Positions 52,736 through 64,000 of a stretch of 64,000 nucleotides of DNA are shown here, piece after piece. The notes under the pieces are model-generated. The model did not search any database. It was not told the DNA's origin and was given only the letters and a program-made list of their open reading frames with translations. Each line of letters begins with the position of its first letter. The first letter of the stretch is position 1. This DNA is from Chrysomallon squamiferum (taxonomy: Eukaryota; Animalia; Mollusca): positions 18,104,001 to 18,168,000 of the forward strand of contig CM022676.1 of NCBI GenBank assembly GCA_012295275.1, written 5' to 3'. The position numbers and the translations under genes are program-made.

Positions 52736-53656
52736 CTAAAAAGAGAGGTCACTTTTCAATTCTGAGTTCTGTTTGTGAGAGTCTCAAATCCTACAAAGAA
52801 ATTCTTCAGACAGAGATGGATGATCAGATTAAAGAACTTCGCGAAGCCGTCAACATCAACGTCATGGAGTCTACAGAGGATGTGAGAAGGATTGGTAACA
52901 CACTAATCACAGATTTTACCGCTGCAGTCCAAAAAGAACAAGAGAGGTTAATAGGAGAAATAGAAACATCTCAGAACTTTGTAAACTCAGAAATAGATAA
53001 AATCTTTACTGAACATAAATATCTGATTGAGGAAAATGACAAAATGATCAAACTAGGTCGAGATTTGTTACAAAGAAAATCTGAGTCAGATATAAAAATA
53101 AATATTTCAAAATTCACCAAACTTCAAAACACAACTTTCGAGTTCCTGTCCAAATCTCTTTCACAAATAGGAAAAGCAGAAATAAAAATAAATGTCATAA
53201 AATCTGATAAGAAAAATATGTCTGTGCACATCGGAGAAATAACGACAAACATCCAAACAGACACAAATATAGACATAGTGACAGACACACTCAAACACAC
53301 AGACACCATTGAAACAGAAACACCACACACAGACACAGAGATAAACAAACTGACAAAATCCCTGAAACACACAGACACCATTAACACAAAAACACAAGAA
53401 CATAAAAATGATCCGTGTCTGTATTCCATTCTGGTGTCAGGTGAGGACAAAAGTAAAATTGTTGTTAGTGATTTGGACAATGACTGTGTAAAATGTTTTT
53501 GTTTAGAACGAAAATCACTGATAAACAGATACGAAACTTCATGTCCACCATGGGGTCTTGCTGAATCACGTGATCAGTGGGGTGATGTTGTTGTTGTTGC
53601 TCTACCAGACGAATATAAAAATATTGTTTTAAATTTGAAAAACTTCGAACTGATCA
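52736..53656 (+). CDS. TRIM-NHL-like gene B, coding exon 2 (truncated by the gap)
   Basis: Acceptor TTCAG| at 52735; frame open up to the gap; matches 45993-45073. Confidence 0.82.
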
Positions 53657-53856
53657 NNNNNNNNNNNNNNNNNNNNNNNNNNNNNNNNNNNNNNNNNNNN
53701 NNNNNNNNNNNNNNNNNNNNNNNNNNNNNNNNNNNNNNNNNNNNNNNNNNNNNNNNNNNNNNNNNNNNNNNNNNNNNNNNNNNNNNNNNNNNNNNNNNNN
53801 NNNNNNNNNNNNNNNNNNNNNNNNNNNNNNNNNNNNNNNNNNNNNNNNNNNNNNNN
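53657..53856. other. Assembly gap (200 N)
   Basis: N run. Confidence 1.
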
Positions 53857-53920
53857 TTTATCTACTTACTAACTTACTTATTTATTTACTAAAATAAAAG
53901 ATATGGAAAGAAAGACCAAC

Positions 53921-54197
53921 CATTGACATCGGCTTTTCTTGTAAACACATCGACAGACTCATTCGGGCTGTAGATACGTTTCCACAGCAACGCTTGGCTT
54001 GTGACGTCACCGGGAATGCTGATCCCACTCTTCAGTTGAATGTAGAGCGAGGCAGCGAGTCCAGAATACAGCGGTTTTAGTAGATCTCTCCACTTCACCT
54101 GCTGCCATGTTATGTTGAGTGACGTCATAATTCTGTCACACGTCACACTAACAGGTGGCGGGCAGTGATTAGTTTCATTGAATTTTGATTCATCAAC
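53921..54197 (-). CDS. Secreted lysozyme/SLT-like protein, exon 2
   Basis: VDESKFNET...WQQVKWRDLLKPLYSGLAASLYI...IPGDVTSQALLWKRIYS. Acceptor TTTTTTGAG|. Candidate phase-1 donor G|GTTGGT at 53920, or read-through to the stop at 53889. Confidence 0.72.
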
Positions 54198-54316
54198 CTC
54201 AAAAAATATTTAATAATTGATTTTTTTATTAAATAAGAATAAATAAATGACTATAACTATACTACTACTACTACTACTACTACTATTATATAATATAAAA
54301 TCGTTTTATTAATCGA

Positions 54317-54352
<36 letters not shown>

Positions 54353-54457
54353 CTTTATTTACCTTTTTTTTCATTATGTATATTTCTTCTTATATTTGTA
54401 TATATGTTTTCACAAAGTTATATCGTATTCTATAAAATTCACTAATAAATAAATACA

Positions 54458-54488
<31 letters not shown>

Positions 54489-54496
54489 AGTTTCAC

Positions 54497-54748
54497 CTGC
54501 CAAATTCCTCCGTAAAACCCTTTTCTGTATGTTTTTGTATCTCCCCCATTATCGGACTCAACTAGAGCCAGTCGCTGCAAGAAAAGTCTGTCCTGAGAGA
54601 AGATGCAGTTGTCTCTGATCTGATCTACGACTGCAGTCACAACGTCATCACCTTTCTGCTTCTCTTCACGCGTTAGGTCTTGTTCGCCGTCAATCACAAC
54701 TGAAAGAACGACGACACAAAGAAAACGAAAGAGACGAGACGACGCCAT
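54497..54748 (-). CDS. Secreted lysozyme/SLT-like protein, exon 1 (signal peptide, ES and GIWQ motifs)
   Basis: MASSRLFRFLCVVVLSVVIDG signal-like N-terminus; FLQRLALVESDNGGDTKTYRKGFYGGIWQ|GTGAAA donor. Confidence 0.78.
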
Positions 54749-54769
54749 TTCTGACTGGAACCGAACCAG

Positions 54770-54812
54770 CAGACTGGAAAGTGTCAGAGAACGTGCGTGG
54801 CGCATATAAATG
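54770..54812 (-). promoter_or_regulatory. Candidate TATA-like box and initiator for the lysozyme-like gene
   Basis: TTTATAT at ~54809-54803 and TCCAGTC about 30 nt downstream, shortly before the ATG at 54748. Confidence 0.35.
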
Positions 54813-55166
54813 TTATCTTAGACGTTAAATATTTAAAACAAAACTTTTTTTTTTTACTGTTATTATCACCACATATGTTCGTCTTCACGCTCATTTTTAT
54901 TTTTTGTTTGTTCATTGTCTGAATAAAAATTTAAAAAGATAAAAAAAAATAAAAAAAAATAAAATAAAATAAAATAAAGATTATGACGATGACGATGATG
55001 ATAGTAATAATAATGATAATACTAACAATAAATAATATATATATATATATAATACGTACATACAGGTTATATATATACGTACATACATACACACACATAC
55101 ATACATTCATATTGTTGTTGAAAAGAACAAAATAAAACGGATGGAAAAGGGTACAGACAGATATTA

Positions 55167-55277
<111 letters not shown>

Positions 55278-55693
55278 ATATCTGTTTGTCTGTGTTTCTC
55301 TGTCTCTTTCTTTATTTCTATCTCTCATTTTTTACATGTTAAAAGTTTTTTTTTTGTATTTATTAACGAAATCAATAATAATAAATAAATACGAATTAAT
55401 AAGTGTGCCTGTATATTTATGTATAAATATGTCAGTATTTATACGCGAGTATGGATGATTATATTCTGTTAATATTTATCTGCATTTGTTTATTCTATTT
55501 TTGTTTTTGGCTTATATTTATTTATTTATTAATTTGTTTCTTGTTTGTTTCTTTATTGATTTTAACAATACAAAAATAAATTATTGAAATTAAGAACTTC
55601 AAAAAATAACAAATTGATTCTATTACTTTAAAAAAAAATAAAAAATTGTAATAGGATGGACTTACCTTTTCTTCTTTCTTTCTTTCTTCCATA

Positions 55694-55727
<34 letters not shown>

Positions 55728-56207
55728 TTGTATTTGTTTTTTTAGAGAAAATTTTCCTAACAGCTGATGTAATATTCTGATAAATATGTTCCGGGTTTTT
55801 CTGTTATCAAAGATTTTCTTACAGGTAAACAGCAAATGTCGTGTCAACAGATATCTGAAAACACGTGACGTGTGCATGAAAATCCCACAGTAAATTGCCC
55901 ACCATCTGCTTATGTCTCTGTACGTAACTACCCGTGTATATGTGCGTGTGCGTGTGCGTGTCTGTTAGCGCATCCAGGGTTTGCTAGGGAATACGGGAAG
56001 ATGTGTTATGTGAACCCAGACTGCTTAAACAAGAGAGAGATAGTATAAATACTGTTAAAACATGAACATCAACATGAACTAATTAGTTATGAACGAAAAC
56101 TTTACTGAATGAAATGTCGATATTTTCGCGTCTTAAGTTACTACAACGCTAACTTGTTTCTGATGATGATGATGATGATGATTATTATTATTATTATTAT
56201 TATTATT

Positions 56208-56241
<34 letters not shown>

Positions 56242-56990
56242 TCTATTATAATAATGGCTTACCTTAAAATTCTTGACCGTTTTTACTAAACTGAGCAATG
56301 TTTGCCACATCACTGAACGAACTTGTAGCTATAAATGACGTCACACTATTATTGGTGACGTTTTGTTTACACTGCTATAAAGAATGTAATGTCGAATCGT
56401 TAATTTACAGGAGCTAACGTGGCGTAATTTCTGATTTTCTCAGAAAGCGCGTACGAGGTTTAAGAAGCCAAAACGCACACGCATGCACACATACACAGCA
56501 ATACACAAGCAACACATTTCATTGTGTCTTAAATTAAAACAATGTTGTTTTATTTCTATGAATCTCTATTGTTTAAGGAGGAATTCAAGGAGAAAGAAAT
56601 CGGAATGGCATACTGGAAACAAAAGAAGTGAGTTTTTAAATCAGTAATGATTATTTTGACGACATACAAAGAGTCATACATATTCTTTGTTGTTTACTGT
56701 TATTATTTTTATTTGTCTTGAACGAAAGAACTATCATTATATTAGATGTAAATTCATCATAGCAGTAATTTTAATTTTTCATCCCCAAAACCCCTATTAT
56801 CGCTAACAAAATTTAACATAAAACTAAAATGTAATCATTTTATTTAGAAATATAGTCTGTTTAACAAACTGACTCAGAATGGTGACGAAATTTTAGCGTA
56901 ATATGTTAAATAAAAGATGTTTATTTATTTATTTATTGATTTATTTTATTTATTTTTGTTTAATAATTTATTTTATTATTACTTTTAGGC

Positions 56991-57057
56991 ATGGCTTCAT
57001 CAGTCATTTTTAACATTGTTTTTCTCACAGTTTTTCTCTCTAATGTTTTTGTTCAAG
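56991..57057 (+). CDS. Two-Ig-domain surface protein, signal-peptide exon
   Basis: TTTTAG|GCATG; MASSVIFNIVFLTVFLSNVFVQ; phase-1 donor G|GTGAGT. Confidence 0.8.
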
Positions 57058-57228
57058 GTGAGTTTAATATAAAACTTAAAATTTAATTATTAGTTTTATA
57101 CTCAGTATTTTGTGTGTTTGTTGTGTGTGTGTGTGTTTTCACTTTATTTAGTACTTTCTTTACTTTCATTACATTATTTATTTTATGTATTTTATTTCAT
57201 TCATTCTTTAATTTTTTCCATCTGACAG

Positions 57229-57585
57229 CTCCTATGGATCTTTCAGGGTCAATGACCCGAGCTGTACTAAACCAACCTTTGACCTTCACCTGCATTGTTA
57301 CAAAGGCCTTGGATCAAGTCTACACTCTGTACTTCTTGTGGAAGACGGAGACAGGACTCGATCTCTTAGCCTCTGTAGAACAGAAGGTTGCCACGTGCTC
57401 CGTGTACAACACCTCCCCCCCAGGATACATGGTGTACTGCGGAACAGGAACGTGGAATGTTTCGTCTGATATGAAAATGTACGTGTTGAAGATTGATAGA
57501 CTGAGTGCACGCGACTTTACAGACTGGCAGTGCATGCTGGAAGTGTCAGATACTTTCAAAAACATCATCACTCTGCATCTGAAAC
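57229..57585 (+). CDS. Two-Ig-domain protein, Ig-like domain 1 (357 nt, phase 1-1)
   Basis: LTFTC...YVLKIDRLSARDFTDWQC plus an extra Cys pair; ACAG| acceptor and C|GTAAGT donor. Confidence 0.85.
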
Positions 57586-57599
57586 GTAAGTAAATTTAT

Positions 57600-58720
57600 C
57601 TCATATCACTGCCGTAGTTTGAATTATTGTATCACTCTAAACCTGTAATATATGCATTTACATCACTGTTTAGAACTGTTCAGAACCCAGGTACAACTCT
57701 TTTATTCAGCATGCTTCAAATTATTTTGATCACTCTATACCTATAACATAAGTACATTTGTCAGACAGCTTAGGACTCAGGATCAAATCTTCACATGAGA
57801 ATAATTTGAATTATTTAATCACTCGACACATACACCATAAAGAAATGTACTGCATTAGTTGATCCTAGAGTCAAATCTTGAGACAAGTATAGATGTAATT
57901 CGTTTTTTTTTATTCTATATCTGCAATGTAAACAATTTGTTTTCTCATTGCTTGGTTCCCAGAATCAAGTGTTCTACCCAGTATGGTTTGAATTATTTTG
58001 TATCTTTACACATACAATATAATAAATTTAACTCATTGCAGAGTATCAAATCATCTCGCATGTATATATATATTGAATTATTTTATCACTTTACACATGT
58101 GTACATTGAATTATTTTATCACTTTACACATGTGTACATTGAATTATAATATTGCTTTGCACATACAACATAAAGAAACTGAACTCATTGTTTGAGTCCA
58201 AGGTTCAAACCTTCACATCATTATATTTGAATTATTTTATTGCTTTACCCTTAAATAGTTATCTGTTCTTCCTTATAAATCAAATATCCTTACTTGAATG
58301 TTTTGAGTTATCTTCATCAGTTTGCATTAACTAATCTTCTACCAGTCCTCAAGAATAGCAGAAACTTTATCAAACCTTCACATCAGAATACTTTGAGTTA
58401 TTTAATCAGTCTATAGCTACAACACAAAGGAATGTTTCTCACTGGTCAAGTCTCAGTAGAGTTTGAATTCATTTATCACTTTACATCTGCACAGAAGTAA
58501 ACTTTTCTCATTACTTATAACACAGGATCAAATCTCCCACCAGTATACTTTGAATTTTTATTGCTTTGTTTTAAGTAATTATGTATTGTCTCTGATAAAT
58601 TATGTCTTGTCTCGTATGTTTTGGGTTATTTTAATCAGTTTGCATTAACTAATCTTAAACTAGTCCTCAAGAATAACAGAATGCTTGTTCAAATCTTCAC
58701 ATCAAAATACTTTGAATTAT
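57600..58720 (+). repeat. Degenerate ~110-bp intronic tandem repeat, including a perfect 33-bp repeat at ~58072-58146
   Basis: Recurring AAATCTTCACATCA...TTTGAATTATTTTATCACTTTAC blocks. Confidence 0.7.
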
Positions 58721-59319
58721 GAAACCTTCATCTTTGCATCCTTTGAGACACAATATTACAGTTTTTTATTATTATTACTGAAATGGTACTAGTATGTGAA
58801 AACAATATTACATATCTCACTTACACTAACTGATCTGAGTTACAATGCTTTGCTTTCAGTGTCATTGTTTTCCAAACACAAGTTACAGAGCCAAACTCAC
58901 AACATTTCTAATTTCTTGACAAAATCAGTGTTAATAATTGCAGAAATATTAGTTTTTGGGAAACAAAATCAACTTTATGTCATTATACTAACCCAATGAT
59001 TTGTAATGTTTTCCAAGGAAGACAATTATAAATAAGAAACTGAAAAAATAATCTTTGTTTATTGGGGGTTTCCCATTTCTACCTTGTCCCAATTCTACAC
59101 AAATTCAACTAAGCTTATATATTTGAGTAAACATCTTGTACAGTTACATACTTTCAAATAAACTTTAACATAAACATATATATATACACTTATATACTTT
59201 TATCTGTAACTTTAACAAGACATAAATCCAGTTGTTTATTAGTAAAATTCCTTAAATAGTTACCTAATTTCAAGTAGAATTTAATATATTTTATATATTG
59301 ATATAATTTCACATACAAC

Positions 59320-60331
59320 TTTAAGAAAACATAAACACCTTGTTTATAAGTAAATACAGAGTTATGTTATTTGAAGTAAACTGATAACAAATACTCAGGT
59401 AAGTAAATGTATTTTCTAAATATATAACTTTAACAAAACATAAACACATTGTTTATCAGTAAATACAGAGTTATGTTATTACAAGTAAACAAATACTCAG
59501 GTAGGTAAATGTATTTTCTCACACACTTAGTTTAACTAAATATTTCACATATAACTTTAACTAGACATAAACTGATTGTTTATAAGTAAATACAGAGTTA
59601 TTTCAAGGAAACAAACACTCAGGTAAGTAAATGTATTTTCTCACACACTTAGTTTAACTAAATATTTCACATATTACTTTAACTAGACATAAACTGATTG
59701 TTTATAAGTAAATACAGAGTTATTTCAAGGAAACAAACACTCAGGTAAGTAAATGTATTTTCTCACAGACTGAGTTTAACTAAATATTTCACATAGAACT
59801 TTAACATTGTTTATAAGTAAATACAGAGTTATTTCAAGTAAACAAACACTCAGGTAAGTAAACACAGAGTTATTTCAAGTAAACAAACACTCAGGTAAGT
59901 AAATACAGAGTTATTTCAAGTAAACAAACACTCAGGTAAGTAAATACAGAGTTATTTCAAGTAAACAAACACTCAGGTAAGTAAATACAGAGTTATTTCA
60001 AGTAAACAAACACTCAGGTAAGTAAACACAGAGTTATTTCAAGTAAACAAACACTCAGGTAAGTAAATACAGAGTTATTTCAAGTAAACAAACACTCAGG
60101 TAAGTAAACAAACACTCAGGTAAGTAAATACAGAGTTATTTCAAGTAAACAAATACTCAGGTAAGTAAACAAACACTCAGGTAAGTAAATACAGAGTTAT
60201 TTCAAGTAAACAAATACTCAGGTAAGTAAACAAACACTCAGGTAAGTAAACAAACACTCAGGTAAGTAAACAAATACTCAGGTAAGTAAACAAACACTCA
60301 GGTAAGTAAACAAACACTCAGGTAAGTAAAT
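59320..60331 (+). repeat. Hierarchical minisatellite (~100-122, 41 and 20-bp units), each unit carrying CAG|GTAAGT
   Basis: 19 copies of CAGGTAAGT and one CAGGTAGGT between 59396 and 60327. Confidence 0.95.
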
Positions 60332-60351
60332 GTCAAGTTCAAATATTTCAG

Positions 60352-60708
60352 GTTCTGCCGTCACGTTGCTGGGTTCGTCTCCAGTCGCAGTCAGACGCAA
60401 GCCGTTCACGCTGACGTGCATGATGTCGCTGGCTGCCTACGTCCGTACGACAGTCTACTTCGTGTACAGGACGGACACTGGTGTGAGTGTGTTGACCTCT
60501 CTGTACCAGAACGTCACTGACTGTGTCGTGTTGGTCCGGCCGCCTGATGGCTACACGGCAGCCTGTGGGGGAGGTACAGACACAGGGGGATCAGAGACGA
60601 AGCTGTACACACTTACAATCCACTCTGTCACTGACACGGATGGTAGAGAGTGGATGTGTAAAATGGAAGGAAATCCAAGCAGTAACGTCCTTGACCTTTT
60701 AGTGATGC
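60352..60708 (+). CDS. Two-Ig-domain protein, Ig-like domain 2 (357 nt, phase 1-1)
   Basis: FTLTC...YTLTIHSVTDTDGREWMC with the same four-Cys pattern as domain 1; TATTTCAG| acceptor and C|GTAAGT donor. Confidence 0.85.
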
Positions 60709-60759
60709 GTAAGTGTTTTTCTTGTGAAGCAGAAATGGGAAGGGGTAGGTTTTGGTCTG

Positions 60760-60919
<160 letters not shown>

Positions 60920-61055
60920 CTAATGTCAGTATCTATTTCATTATTCCATTTCTGTCTTTCACTTCATTCTTATTTCCCATTGCCCCACTATGTCCACACT
61001 TTACTACATCTCTCTTACAATGCTTTACCATCTCTCACACAATGTTTTACTATAA

Positions 61056-61210
<155 letters not shown>

Positions 61211-61342
61211 CTCACAATGCTGTACTTTATCTCTCTCACAAGGCTCGCTCAATCAGTTTTTCTTTCACTACATTAAAAACTTTGTTTCATTTTTCTCTGC
61301 CCACTCATACGTTTTCTCTCTTTTTTCTCTTTTATTTTCCAG

Positions 61343-61440
61343 AGGCTTCTACAATTTCTGGTGGAAGCAAACTTTCCAGTCCTGTTAATCATCACATCTT
61401 TTTCATCTTTATTCATCATCTTATGTTCTCTCATTTGTAA
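61343..61440 (+). CDS. Two-Ig-domain protein, probable last exon (GPI-signal-like tail)
   Basis: Strong pyrimidine tract ending TTTTCCAG|; in-frame ASTISGGSKLSSPVNHHIFFIFIHHLMFSHL*; AATAAA at 61482. The spliced CDS is 879 nt (292 aa). Confidence 0.6.
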
Positions 61441-61592
61441 AATTCTTCTTAGTTCTTTAAACTATTATTTATTTTAATTTTAATAAAACAATAAACAAGT
61501 GTATAAAATTATGATAAAAGAAATGATTTCTTTATTAATTCTTATAATTATTATTGTTATTGTTATTATTATTATTATTATTATTATTTTTA

Positions 61593-61626
<34 letters not shown>

Positions 61627-62549
61627 TTTAAATATTTAATTCAAAGATTAAAAAGTGTATGAAATCATATTTAAACGTCAAAATGTGATTAGATTTGTTT
61701 AGATTTTTGACTCTCTGTGTGTGTGTGTGTATTTATAAGAATATAGCACTCATTGAATAATAAAACAGAGAGCACAAGATTTCATTGTCTTGTTTTTAAA
61801 TTTTATTATTACTGGTAGTAGGAGAATAGTAGATTTTTATGTTTTTTTTTTTTTTCACAGTTACAGAATAACAAATATGTGGGTTTTTTTTCTCTTTATA
61901 TGTAACTTACCCAAAACATCTTGATATGTACTGACAAGTCACATACAAATAAAGTTATGATACCAATCAGCAGATTTCCTTACAAGTATTTTATTACTGT
62001 TAGTTAGATACAGAAGTGTTTGAATTATGCTAAATTTTATTTTTTATATGTGATGTTTTCTTACCACTCCAAGTATAGAACAATTTACAGATGTTTGGTA
62101 GCACCAACACAAAGACAAACGCAAAGACACAAACATAAACACAACATAGGCAGATATACATACACAAATACAGATATACACACAAAGGTACCCACACACA
62201 TACGCGCAAACGTACAGACACACAAACACACAAAAGCACCCATATATCCACACACATGTACAAAAGCACATAGATTCACAGAAACACATACAAACACACA
62301 TACACACAGACACAGATAGAAACACTCAGATGCAGTACACTAAGTTAGTCCAGTGTTTCATTTATCAAGTGTTTTGGTTACTTCTAATTCTCACACAGGT
62401 TAAAATCAAAGTGTCTGAGCTGGACTCATCTTTCTAATCGAGTGATTTACTGCTAAGATAGGAACACGAGAAAAGAATGTACTCTGCAGAGTGTTCTGTT
62501 GTAATTTAAAACAAGAAAGTACTTGGGGCAATCTGGAATCATAAGAGGA

Positions 62550-63420
62550 GAAATATTGATGAATGAAAGAATGAATGTTTAACAACCCCTCACCATAATA
62601 AAACAACATATGTATGAAAATAATAGTTTTTATCAATCAGTTAAAAAACAGAGTGAACAACTGTGAAAAATGCAGATATCTGTGCTATATATAAAAATTG
62701 TGTAAATTAAAATTAAATAATATTTGGAATAAAACAGTAATTCTTTTTTAAAAATTATAAAACAAGTTCTGGATGGAACTGAAAAGATTCCATCACATTT
62801 CTTCTTCTAAATGTATCTTTCCAAACAATGAATGAATGTTTAACGACATCCCAGCTTGCAGAAGCGTATCAGCTACTGGGCGTCAAACAAAGGTAAAAAT
62901 GACAAGATGGTGATTACTTTATAAACAAAATTCAAAATTAATTAAAACAGTATAAATAGCTGTGCAATAATAAAACTATCACAGTCTATTTAATCTAACA
63001 TTTATCGTAAAATTCTGTAAATCTCAAAACTTCTTGAAAATTCCATCACATTTAATTTGACCAAATATATCCATCCGGATCTGCCTAAGATGATCGTATT
63101 CCACTAAAATGTGGCGAATTTTCAGAATAACTGACAGTGCTCACATTGAGGTGAACGATCTTTCTGCAGGATAAGTGAATGGGTCAACCAAGTGTGACCA
63201 ATGCGAACACGACACAAGATTGACTCATGCTTCATGCACTGCCTGTAGGAGGACTGCCACCATCATAGACTGCGTTGACAGAATAAAGTTTGTGACTGAA
63301 CAGTTCCAGTCATCTTGTCAAATCAAATATATATATATATATACACACTGGAGAAATTGATCTTTGGGTATCTGCGAAGAAACAAGATTTTTATTGGCAT
63401 TATACTTTAATACTTTCATA
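62550..63420 (-). mobile_element. 3' fragments of an I-group (I/Nimb-like) LINE
   Basis: WQSSYRQCMKHESILCRVRIGHTWLTHSLILQKDRSPQCEHCQ...RHILVE is the C-terminal CCHC region of I-group ORF2. (ATTC)n-like tails lie at ~62830 and ~62560. Confidence 0.8.
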
Positions 63421-63643
63421 TCACCATTGCAATCAAGAGATGCTCCAAATGCTTGTTCTGTAAAACATGAATACGTGAAAATAATCTATTTGAAATGTTT
63501 AGTTTCTTCCGGGGCTTTAAGAGTTGCCCTGCTCACTTTAGATGAAACTTTCTTGTAATGACGCCCTGCTCACTTTAGATCAAACTTTCTGTTAATGACG
63601 CCCTGCTCACTGTATGTGACAGCTGCTGAAGAAAAACAAAAAA

Positions 63644-64000
63644 GCGTAAAGTATCATTCATCTTTATCCGCATTGTTGAAAGTTTCAATTACCTTGCTAT
63701 TGATAGTCAAAGAGCAGGACATGAGAAATAAACCGCGCCAAATGAAAATAGTGTCGTCTGCTCATTCTAATTTGATCGTCTGCTGACAATGCTTGCAACT
63801 ATCGTGTATTGGGCAGAGCTAATTCATTTGCTGTGTTTTCGTTCACAACCGGATGTGGGTATCTGCCCCTCCTATGATTAGTGCTGACCTGCTCCCGGGT
63901 TCGTTTTTGTTGATTTTTTTCGCTCATCAAAAGGAGGCAGTGGTTTGTAAATAAAACGACAACATTAAACAGCCATTAACAGTCGTTAAGCTAGCTTCTA
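63644..64000 (+). repeat. Interspersed repeat, copy of 38475-38827, running to the window end
   Basis: Direct sequence match. Confidence 0.9.

Noticed and set aside
53124-53480. Antisense ORFs over the TRIM, BACK-PHR and Ig exons (e.g. 45348-45605, 6466-6690, 57320-57571)
   Set aside because: They are shadow frames of real coding exons.
59850-60330. Regular repeat array as a CRISPR
   Set aside because: No unique spacers, no cas genes and a eukaryotic intron context.
60330-60351. ATG at 60330 as the start of a separate single-Ig gene
   Set aside because: No signal peptide; the acceptor at 60351 joins in phase with the upstream Ig exon.

Overview
AT-rich, intron-containing animal DNA with dense microsatellites and two 200-N assembly gaps. 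The repeat and gene types suggest a mollusc, probably a gastropod (inference). Intact or probably intact genes: a BACK-PHR protein lacking the BTB domain (6330-7298 +); two head-to-head, near-identical RING/coiled-coil/NHL TRIM-like genes without B-boxes (46602-44567 -, and 52006-53656 + running into a gap); a secreted lysozyme/SLT-like protein (54748-53921 -); and a four-exon signal-Ig-Ig-hydrophobic-tail gene (56991-61440 +). Features not evident from the ORF track as given: a frameshifted endogenous parvoviral NS1 with HUH and SF3 helicase motifs (~2830-4260 -); three copies of intron-bearing type IV collagen pseudo-exons; a BTB-BACK pseudogene; a near-perfect 8.2-kb tandem duplication; and a 1-kb intronic minisatellite carrying 20 copies of the 5' splice-site consensus just before the second Ig exon. 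LINE, MITE and SINE-like fragments are also present. All alignments and counts were done by eye; no database searches were run.
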